A stretch of 64,000 nt of DNA from the human T2T-CHM13v2.0 reference genome, Homo sapiens: assembly GCF_009914755.1 (NCBI RefSeq), contig NC_060941.1; one strand, 5' to 3'. The translations under genes were made by a program, and so were the position numbers. Shown one piece after another: positions 33,900 to 64,000 of this stretch; position 1 is the stretch's first letter, and every line of letters begins with the position of its first letter. The notes below the pieces were generated by a model. That model ran no database searches. It was not told where the DNA came from and saw nothing but the letters and a program-made list of their open reading frames with translations.

Positions 33900-34720
33900 T
33901 TCCAGGCGCACCATTCCTGAGCTAGGTGGGGAGAGGCTGGGTGGCGCCCGTTTCCAGGAACCCCCACCCCAGCCGGCAGCGAGCTTCCCGGGAGCAGCCG
34001 CTACCCAGGGAGAACCGCAACCTGGCCCCAGAGCCCAGAGCGGCTGCAACTCTGGGGCCACCGAACCCGTCCAGCCGGCCTCCCTGTCCCCCGCCCCTTC
34101 CCATCCCGGCCACACCCCCTCCCCTCCCCTCCCCGTGCCCCGGCGCTCGGCTGGGGGACCTGGGTGGGGGCTGCGGATTTTGCTCCCCGCACTGTCCTCC
34201 CCGCCCCTGCCGCTCCCAGCTCTGTCCGAGCCGGAGGGTCAAGCCCTGGGAGCTCCAGGAGCACCCGGGGAGGGAACTCGGCTGCCAAATGGCCCCAGAG
34301 GCCGAAAGGAATTCAGGGGGGATTGCCGCTGTCCCCGCATAGGAGAAGCAGCTGGGGCTGGCGGGACCCGGGACCGGGATCGCGGCCGCTCACCTGGGAG
34401 GCGCCGGGGAGGAGGGGCCGCGCGCGCAGCCAGGGCTCACCTGTGCCCCGCAAGAGCCGCCGGGAACTGAGGTCTCGGCTCTCCTTGCCAAGGGAGTGGC
34501 AAAGGGCCCCAGGGGGCGACTGGGCCAGTCGCAGGTCTGCCGGGGCCGGGGGAGTAGCCGCACCTCCCGGCCCACGTGGGCGGGGGGGGGGGCGGGCCTC
34601 GGCTATCACGTGACCCGGCCCGGCCCGCGGCGCCCCCGCCCTCCTCCGGGCGCCCCGCGGCGACTATGCCTTCCTCCCCTGCCAACTTCCGACCCCTCCT
34701 CCTGAGGTCTGAGCTGGGCT
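33900..34720 (-). promoter_or_regulatory. CpG-island promoter and non-coding first exon(s) of TMC6
   Basis: CpG-dense with GC boxes, E-boxes CACGTG 34573-34578 and TCACGTGAC 34606-34614, and two minus-strand CAG|GTGAG donors near 34394 and 34441. Exon 2 acceptor is at 32688. Confidence 0.8.
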
Positions 34721-37367
34721 GGATTCATTCCAGCCCCTGGTTGAAGTCCCCAATTTTTCTGACGCTCAGTTTCCCCAAGTTCCAAAAAGGGGCAATATTT
34801 CCAGACTCATCTGCTTCCCATGGTTAGGGATCGTCCAAGTAAGATGCCGCCGAAAGCCCCAGGGACACAGAGTATCTCACTCCAGATTGGGCAGCCCCCC
34901 CCCCCCGCCGCCCCCGCAAGCCTCCTGCTGACTCTCCCCGACCCCGGCGGGGGGAGCCTGGTTATCTCCCACTCCTGACACCTGGGCGGGGTTCATTGTT
35001 TATCTAGCAAGAGTTCTGGCTCACTTCCTGTGTGCTGTGTGGAGAGGAGGGGATGAAAAGGAGGACACGCTGACACTTAGGTGACTGTCCCCAGGTGCTG
35101 TACCCGTTGCCCTGTTTTCTGTTATTCCCCATGAGCCAGGAAGGTATGCACTGATATTCCCATTTCACAGATGAGGAAACTGAGGCTGAGAGAAGTTAAT
35201 CACCCTTTAGGGTGCCCCCAGCCAAAGCAGGAGACTTAGTGGTCCACCTGGGAACTCTATGGAGGAAACTGCCTTTGAGATTGTACCCCCCACCCCAAGC
35301 CCATTTGGAAGGGAGGGTCATTCCTGGCGGGGAGAAGCCATGAAGCAGGCAGGGTGAATGTGAGCTGGGGCCCAGGAGGGCAGGAGAGGGCACTGCTGCA
35401 GGGGAGAGCAGGCAAGCAAAAGCGAGGACCAGGCAGGGGTCAAGGCTGGGGCCTTTTGGAGCTGCCAGTGTGGTCCTCAGATGGCTACCCCAAGCTGGTT
35501 CTTGGCAAGTGGCACCCTGGCATGGAGACCCAGCCCCTGCCTCTCCTCCCACTGCTTCCCCCTCCCTGCATACCCACACTGAATTTGCATGAATGCCACC
35601 TCCTCTGGGGAGCCTCCCCAGATTGAACCCTGGTGGAGCACCTACCACTTCCTATTGACATGTACATCTGTGGTTCTGTGCCCCCTCCTACCCCAGCCCA
35701 CTGTGTGCCCAGCACCAGCACATAGCTTGCGCCTGACACACAGAAAGGACTCTGGAAACCAGGAAGGAGGTGGGCAGAGAGGCAGAAAAGCTATGAACAT
35801 TCAGACCTGAGATGACTGGGCCCTATAGCAGGTAGAGAGGGAGCAGAGAGGAAGGGCTGCGGGCTTCCCAGGGGCCCAAGGACAGAGAATTGGCAAAGAT
35901 AGGTCTTAAACATCTAGCCTGGGAGAGCATGAATGGAGCCAATTCCTGAGCACTTACTACCGGCCAGGTGCTAGGCCTGGGTCTTGGCACAACCATAACG
36001 CCAATGACAGGGGCTGGAAGTACAGCAGTAACACCAAGAGTATCTGGAAACCCAGCAGCCAGGTTCTGGGGAGCCCACCATCCTGTCATTATCACACCCT
36101 CCAGGGTGAGGCCGGCAGATAAAGAGTTTGGCCCCTGTGCCCCCACCGTTCCCATCCCCACCCATGTCAGGCTCCCAGCTCAGGCCTCGAGGTCAAGTCC
36201 TGCCTATCCAGGCTGGAAGGAGTTGAACAGAGAGGGCCTCAGCTGCAGGCTGGACATCCCTGGAGGCAGCCAGGCGGCAGACCCGGACCAGTGGACCCTA
36301 GGGCCGCAGGAGACCAGGCCCTGACTCCTGTGCAGAGGGGAAGGGTGGGCCACCCGCAGCCCAGCATGCACAGAGCTCCCTGGGAGGCCAAGTGGCCTAC
36401 GCCTGTCACCTTCACCTCTGCATCTCAGGGGCCCACAGGAAGTGCCTGCTTGGCCTCAGTTTAAAGCAGAGGAAACCATGGGGTGAGAGGGGAGGAGGGA
36501 GGTAGTGGAGAGGGAAGCTGGGTTTCCTGTCATATGACCCCTCCTCTGGGCTCCCTCACCACCCTGCCTGGCTTGGCAGGAGTCGTCTGAGAAGGGGACT
36601 CCTCCAGGGACTTGGTCCCTAGGTCCCCAGGTGAGCTGGATGTCCAGTGGAGGGAGAATGCAGAGGGTGAGGGGCTGTGGGGGCCAGCTAGAGCCCTGCA
36701 AGGGTAGCAGTGGGTCCCTGCTCCTGTCCCCACGGCTGGGGCTGTAGCCACAGGTCCTCATCAGGGGCTCGCGGGGTACCTGGGACTGGAGGCTGGACCA
36801 CAAGAAGGAAGACAGAAGGGGGTCCCCCGACATCCAGAGTCAGATGTGGCAGATGCCGAGTCCCAGGAACTGTGGGGTTTGGGACACAGGCTCTTCCGGA
36901 AGGGCAAACTGCCACGTGGAGAAGAGAGGGAATTGTCTCTCCTTGGGGTGACGGTGGGCCCAGGCACAGGTGGATGCGGGGTGCAGCAGGTCTTGGCTTT
37001 CTTTGCCTGTGCCGGTCCAGACTTTCTGTGCCCTTTGGATCTTTCACCCCATTTGACAGATGGGGAGACTGAGGCCGTGGCTGTGTGTCCCTCTGAGAGT
37101 TGGAGCGGGGCTGGGCCCGAATTCGACCCCAGCAGGATTCTCTCTCATTTCTGAGCCCCGGAGGTGGCAGAGCGGCAGACCCGGGCAAGTGAACCCTAGG
37201 GCTGCAGGAGCCCAGGCCCCGACGCCGGCGCAGAGGGGACGGAAGGGCCCGCCCCCAGCCCAGCGTGCACAGAGGCCATAGCCAAGGCCTTAAGGCTCAT
37301 CCAACCGGGGACTCATATCCCCCCCACCGGCAGCCCGGCGCCCCAGCCTCTACCCGTGCCCGCCGAG

Positions 37368-46890
<9,523 letters not shown>

Positions 46891-48725
46891 CCCCGACCCC
46901 TGCCTCCCCGAAGCCTCCCTGGGGCCCCTTCAGGCCTCCTTACTCCATCTTCCAGACCCCTGGCGACCACCGCCCCTCTCAGTGGCTCCAGGGCCTCCCT
47001 CAGAGGTCCCCAAAGATGGACACACAACCCCAGCGGCAGCAGGAAAAACATATGGGAATTTTCTTTCTATATTTTAATCTCATCCCTTTAAAATGTCTAT
47101 TTTTTATTGTGTTTTTTATAATATACATAATCTATTAGTATAGTATCTCTTGAATGCGATTTTTTCTAGAATGTGTTCTGCTGATTTGTTTTAGAGCCAT
47201 GAGTGCAATTTATACACATACATCTATTGGGAATGCTCAGAAGTTGTTTACTGATGGAAGTGCCTTCAGAAGAGTCCGGGAACCACTTCCTAAGGAAGGA
47301 AAGAGCTGGCCACAGTTAGAGCAAGCCTGCCTGGGGCCCTGCTCTGTGTTCCAGCTGCAAACTGCCTGCATCATCCCTTCCTGTTACTCTTCCTTCACCT
47401 GAGACAGTCGAGGCCACAGCGTCAGCCAGGGCCAGAGCTGGGATTTGAACCCAGGCACTCGGGCTCCAGAGCCACACTGCCCCAGTGTGGGGCTTAGTGG
47501 CGGCTCCTGGCCCTGACTGAGGGGCTGACTGAAGCCTGGTGAGAGCGTGCTGGGTCAGCCTCTCCCTGGCGGGAATCCTCTCCGTCCAGTCTTCTAACCT
47601 AGCAGCCTCACGTCCACAGAGCTGCCTTGTGAAACTCAGCAGAGCCCTGGCTTCCTGCAGAGCCGTGTTCTCCCAGCCTGCTTCATGGCTCCCTGGTTGA
47701 GCCAAGCTTGCGGATCCGTGGGGTGAAGGTACCCGCACCGCCTGGGCCTTAGTGGTATGTACGGGCCTGCATCGTGAGCAGCGGGCGGGGGCCCAGGCAG
47801 GTGAGGCAGCTGGCCACAAGGGCAGGGCCCGGCCCCCCTCCCAAGGCTGTGTCTGATATTCTTGAGCCTGTTCGAGTTTCCTTTTCCAAGCCTCCTGTTC
47901 TCCCACCCCCACCCCTGCCATGCTGCAGTGACTAAATCTGTGGTTCTCATCCTTGGAGAACACCTGAGTAGCTGCTACAAGCTGGCCACAGCCCAGCGAC
48001 TCTGATGTGGTTGGGCTGGGTGTGGCCAGCAGCCAGGGCATCGGGACTTTTCGAAGCTCCCAGGTGACTCACCGGCAGCTGGGGATGAGAACTGTCAGGA
48101 GGGAAGGTCAGAAGTCCCAGGATGCACTTGAAAAGCCTCTAGCTCCACCAGTGACCAGCTCCTGGCTGGACTCCTGGTCTGGACTCAGCATCAGGGAGGC
48201 TCTGGCCTCTCGCCCTCAGGGCTGGGGGCTTCTTCACATGGTCATCAAAGACTTGGCCAGTTCCGCCTCTCCCACGGCCGTCCTTGTCTCACCCAGCATC
48301 ACGACGCATCAGTTCACCAACAAACACGATTCAGTGCTGCTAGTGCTGGGTCCTGTTCTGGGGGCTGGTGATGAGGCCAAGAGGGAAAGAGGGAGCTCTG
48401 TGTTCCATCGAGGGGGCGACAAGCCTGGACCAGATGAAAGTGACTCATGTTGTTAATTAGCGGCTTAGGGCCAAAGGTGGCCCCTGGACCAGTGGCCTCA
48501 GCATCACCTGGGAAAAGGTTAGAAATGAACATTCCCAGGCCCCACCTCAGCCTCCTGAATCAGAGCATCCCTTTGGCAAACCATACTGAGAAACAACCAC
48601 GTGCATCACCAAGCGCTGTGAAGAAGGCAAGCTTTGAGACCTTGAAGGAATCATCAAACTCTGGGCCTCGGTGTGCTCACCCAGGGCGAGACAAAGACGC
48701 CATGCTCCTCCAAGTGGCCTCCAAG

Positions 48726-49062
<337 letters not shown>

Positions 49063-51451
49063 ATACAGTGACTTTTGAAGTGTCCCCATGGGGACCTAGA
49101 AGTGCAGTGGCGGCTCCTATTACAATGTGGTCACTGGCCTGAAGGAGCCAAATGGGAGATGATGGGGAGTGGACCTGGGGCCCCCTGTGATCAGGACCAC
49201 CCAGGAAGACAGCCCAGGGGGCCTCGAGCGATGGGCTTCTTCCCACAGGAGGGCTCTTGGAGCCAGTGACAGGCAGGACCTTGGAGAAAGGGAGGCTTTG
49301 GACAGGAGCTGAGGGCAGAGAGGGGGCCTGAGCAAAGATGTGGTAAAGGGGCCACGGTGGAGGCTGGGAAGCTGGAAATCTGAGGCCTCTAGACTGGGAT
49401 GCAGGGCACACGGGGCCAGTGCGAAGACGGAACCGGTGCTCTGGCAGCGGGTGCCGTGGGCTAGGATGACTTTCTGTAGATGACGGAGCTGGGGGCCATG
49501 ACCTAACAAGGGGCTCTGCCAGGAGCTTAGAAGTCCTGCCGGGCAGGGAGGGACTCTCTGGGGCTTATTGCAATAGATGCAGTAAAGGTCTCACCAGGTG
49601 GGAGAGCCCACCTAGGTGGGGTGTCCCAGCCACCCCCAGCCTTGGGGACTCCTGGGCCCTCCCCTGCCCAGCCCTGAGAGACTGCCCTGTCTTTCTGTGC
49701 CCCTGCAACCCCGCTATCCTGGCCAGGGCAGCCCAGAGCAGAGTCCCACCCGCAGGACCTTTCTGGGGACACAGTATGGGGGAGGAAACGCGGAGACGCT
49801 GGGAAGAGCATTTGTTACAGAGGACAGTGGCCTCTGCGAGCAAAAATCACAGAACATCAGCCTGAAGCGGGTGGCTAGAGAGCTTTTGGGGGCCCCCAAA
49901 CTCCACACAGGGTGACCTGGGGGTGACCTTGGAGGCGTGGCTGCTGTGTCCTGGCTTACTCTGCAGTCTGGACAGAGGGGCAGCGCAGCCCAGAGAACTG
50001 GTCAGCCAGACCGGTGCACAAGTGATTCCTGGGGGCGGAGGGGTGCAGGAGAGATGTTTGGGTCCCCCAAGGCCTGGGGAAAATGGCCCATGAGTCTGCC
50101 TTCGCTCTCTGACCCCAGCTTCCCCACAGACTGGGAAGAGGAAGAGCTCCTCATGAGCTGCCTTAACTCAAGGTTCCCCTGAACACCACCACGTGGAGAA
50201 AAAGAGTGAGTTTCCCTGGCCTCCAGGCAAGAGGCTGCCAGCAGCCCAGGGCCTGGGCAGCCAGCCAGCTCCCCAGTGACCTCTGGCTCCCTTCAGTCTT
50301 CAGTTCCCTTCCCCACCCGCCTTCAGCAGAAGTGAGAACAGACTTTGGGAAGGGAAGGGAGTTTTACTAAGAAACTAAGAGAAAATGCTCTTGCTCCCCA
50401 GCTGGGAGAAACCGAAAACAGAGAGGCCGGTGGGTGCACAGGAGGCAGCCTCCATCCCCGGGACCATGGGTAGCAAGGTGCAGAAACGGACTCATGCCAG
50501 CTGGGAGAGGGGGCCACCGAGGGGTCAACAGAGCCAGTCTGCAGTGACCTCCAGGACACCTGCACCTGCCTCCCCACCATCCTTCTGGCCACTCCCTGGT
50601 CAGCAGGGCCACTCCCTCAGACCAGCTTCCCAACACACCCAGGCCTCCGGTGCAGCAAGTGCCTGGGAAAGGCTGAGAGGAGAGCTGGGCCGGGGCTGTG
50701 AGTGGCCTCCCTTGGTCAGGTGTTCACTCCTGGACGGTGCCCAGGGGCAGAGAGTGTGATTGACCGGTCAGGAGCCACAGGTGGCAGCAGCTCCCACAGG
50801 AGGCAATGGTCACCTGGTGGCAGGGGACATATTCCTGAAGGAGGCAGCCAGAAAAGGCATTCCCCACACAAAGTGTGGGAAACTGAGCCGGGCCAGAAAG
50901 TGACAGGCTGGTCCAGCAGCCCCAGGCTGAGCTTGGGCACAAAGCCGGGTGCAGTGGCCCACAGCGGAGCTGGCAGGGCCCCAGCCTCAATCCCTTGCGC
51001 CCTTACATCTCTCTGTGTTCCGGGGAATGCCTGGCCCCAGCCCTGGCCTCGGGGCTCTGGGAGGCCCTGCTCACCCCCACCCTCCCTGCATGTGCAGGAG
51101 GCTCTGTGGCTGAACTCTGCACACACACTGCCTGCGATGCAGCTGGGTCTGCTGCTGGCCAAGGCCAGCACTGGGGCCAGTTCCCTGGGGAATGACCATC
51201 CATGTGACCTCCCACCACCCTCAGTGGGGCCTGAGGGACTTCTGAAGGGCGGTGCTTGGGCACACCACGCTCCGGGACCCAGGACTCCAGGACCCATCAC
51301 ACTCCAGGACCAGGGGCCTCGTCGGTCTGGGGTTTCATTCTGGGGCTGGGTGCAGCCTTGGCCTCCCGGCTGTGAACCATCATGGGTGGGGCTGCCTTTT
51401 CTCAGCCCAGCAGGTCCCCAGCTGCTTGGAAAGGCCCCAGTGATTACATGA

Positions 51452-51926
<475 letters not shown>

Positions 51927-52185
51927 TGAGTCTAAGCCCTGGTCTGGCTTCAAGGTCCAAACTCCTTCCACTTCTCTGGGGATTGAGGGGGAGTTTGCTG
52001 TACCGGGCCTGCCGGGGCTCTCTGGGCCCCGCCCTGGTAGCTGAGGCCCTGGGGTGCTGCGGCCTCCAGGTTATCTCCCCACTGCAGGCACCCACCCAGG
52101 GAGCATCCCAGGGGCCTCAGGGTGGGGGAGGCCAGGAACTAGGAGGTTCTCACTGCCCGAGCAGAGGCCCTACACCCACCGAGGC

Positions 52186-52689
52186 ATGGGGCTCCCTGGG
52201 CTGTTCTGCTTGGCCGTGCTGGGTGAGTCCACCAGGGACGTGATGGTGGGGCTGCTGCTGGGGCCTTGAGGTCTTGGGCTCAGGTGGGGGTACTGGGAGC
52301 ACAGGAGAGATGAGGCCTGAAGGAAGGGCACCTCTGGAAACATGGACAGAGAGGGAAAGATCTGGGCTTGAGTCTCGGACCAGCCCCTAAACTTGCTGTA
52401 TATGTGGTCCAGGGATTTCTGCACCATTCTGGGCTCACTACTTACCCATCTGCGAAATGGGCGGATGAGAGGCGATGTTGTGGGGGGAGGGGCGCAAAAG
52501 AGCTTTTGTGAGTGATGGTGCCAGCTGAGTCCTGGGGCCTCACTACCAAGAATCAGCCTGCTCCTCCCTCCTGGCTTCAGCAGGTGGGTCTCGAGGCTGT
52601 CTCTGGTCTCCCCTCCACACCAGGCCCTCTCCTTATCGCCCTTACCTCTCTTACAGCTGCCAGCAGCTTCTCCAAGGCACGGGAGGAAG
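52186..52689 (+). CDS. C17orf99: C17orf99 / IL-40, coding exons 1-2 (signal peptide); gene is 3'-partial
   Basis: Exon 52186-52222 (ATG...CTG G|gtgagt) plus micro-exon 52657-52689 (ttacag|CT...GAA G|gtaagt) give MGLPGLFCLAVLAASSFSKAREE, a hydrophobic signal peptide matching my recollection of the IL-40 N-terminus. Too short to appear in the ORF track. Confidence 0.88.
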
Positions 52690-53889
52690 GTAAGTGGCAT
52701 AGCCTGCTGCAGGGAGAAGTCCCCCAGCTGGGACCCTGGTGTCAGAACCCCCATGGTGGAGGGCGCCTCGGCTGGGAAGGGAGTTACTAGTGGGGAGGTG
52801 TGTGCTGGAGGATGGCTGGACAGTTCTGGAACACTCTCTTCACCCTGCAGGGCCCTAGGAGTGATGGAGATGGGCAGGCCAAGCAGGCCAGTGTGGGGAC
52901 CTCCGGGGCACACAGGCAGGGAAGTTGCTCAGCTTCCAGCCTTTGGCTGGGCTGTTTGGAGGGAAGATTCCCTGGGCAGGTGCATCCTCATCACTCTGCC
53001 CCAGGTCCCTGATCGGGAGCAGAAGCCCCCCCTGAGACCCTCACAGCTCTGCCCGGTGGGCGAGGCCCCGTGGAGGGCTGGGGAATTCTGGTGGGGCCTG
53101 GGAGGTTGGGATTCTCTGACCAGGAGGAGGGCCGTGAGAGGATGGTGAAGTTAAGGCTCCCCCAGGGGCCTGACATACACGAGGCTGCCTTCCTTATAGA
53201 GGCAGGTGGGGAGTGGAGAGTGTCTGGGACCCAGCTGGGTACAGGACCAGGGAGGAGGGGACGCTGGGGAAGGTCCCTGACAGCCCCTAGCCTGGCCTGC
53301 TTCCTCATCTTTGCCTGCTCCATCTTTCTGCCTGCACTTTCTTGCCCCATCCTTCCCTCCCCTCCCCTCATGTCCATTAAGGTGAGGATGGACAGTCACC
53401 TCCCTATATTGTCCCAACTAACCCTTGCCCCTTGTTGCTAGGCCATCAGGTTACAGAGCAGGGCCTTCCCCCTCTATTTTGCTAAAGGGCAGGTACAGGG
53501 TAATGATGACGCCATTCTCACTTGAATGAGGCCCAGGTTGAACCATTATTTCCTCATTTGCTTTAAAAACGGATACATTGTTGGTGTGGCTGCTAAAAAG
53601 AGAGCAGGCAGCTGGGGCTCCGGGAAGTACCTGTGCAGGGCAGTTCCGCCTCCCCCTCTTGGCTGGCTCCCGACTTCTCTGATTCTTGCCAACCAAGTCC
53701 TGCTAACTAAACTCCTAAGAGACTGACTGATAAATCATTTATTCATTCAACAAATACTTGAGCACCTGTTTGGTTGCAGGCACAATTCCAGGCCCTGAGA
53801 ATGTGGCAAGGCACTGAAACAAACCCCTCCTGTATCTTACATTCTAGTGGGGGTTGGGGGGACAGATGATAATAAAAATAAGAACATTC

Positions 53890-62700
<8,811 letters not shown>

Positions 62701-62762
62701 TGTTTTTATAGAAAAATATTCTGGAAAGAAACAGCCTAAACCCAGGAGGTAGCCCTTTTTCT

Positions 62763-63062
<300 letters not shown>

Positions 63063-63394
63063 GAGGTAGCCCTTTTTCTAATATTTTCTTTTTTTAGAGG
63101 TGAAATTCACATAACAAAAAGTCAACCATTTAAAAGTGATAATTGGCCGTGCACGGTGGCTCACGCTTGTAATGCCAGTACTTTGGGAGGCCGAGGTGGG
63201 TGGATGACTTGAGGCCAGGAGTTCAAGACCAGCCTAACCAACATAGTGAAACTCCGTCTCTACTAAAAATACAAAACTTAGGCCGGGCACGGTGGCTCAC
63301 ACCTGTAATCCCAGCACTTTGGGAGGCCGAGGCGGGCGCATCATGAGGTCTGGAGTTCAAGAGCAGCCTGGCCAACACGGTGAAAACCCATCTC

Positions 63395-64000
<606 letters not shown>

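Overview
Human (primate) genomic DNA. I recognise it from the spliced protein sequences as the 17q25.3 TNRC6C-TMC6-TMC8-C17orf99 locus. In order: (1) the last five coding exons and long 3' UTR of TNRC6C (GW182 paralog, + strand); (2) the complete TMC6/EVER1 gene (- strand, 19 coding exons, 805 aa); (3) the complete TMC8/EVER2 gene head-to-head with it (+ strand, 15 coding exons, 726 aa); (4) the first two coding exons of C17orf99/IL-40 (+ strand), then an Alu-saturated intron containing a young AluYb8-type insertion and an Alu-interrupted EIF5A processed pseudogene that runs off the window end. Exon boundaries were read by hand from GT-AG sites; the TMC6 and TMC8 exon lengths sum to complete reading frames. 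Repeats include a THE1/MaLR provirus with nested Alu and MER9 LTR, two minisatellites and dozens of Alus. I see no wholly new gene system. The least-explained features are a 100-bp, 94%-identical direct repeat bracketing TMC6 exon 13, back-to-back bidirectional poly(A) signals, a homotypic SP/KLF-box array in the last TMC8 intron, and an antisense splice donor inside TMC8 coding exon 4. Repeat boundaries and subfamilies are by-eye estimates.
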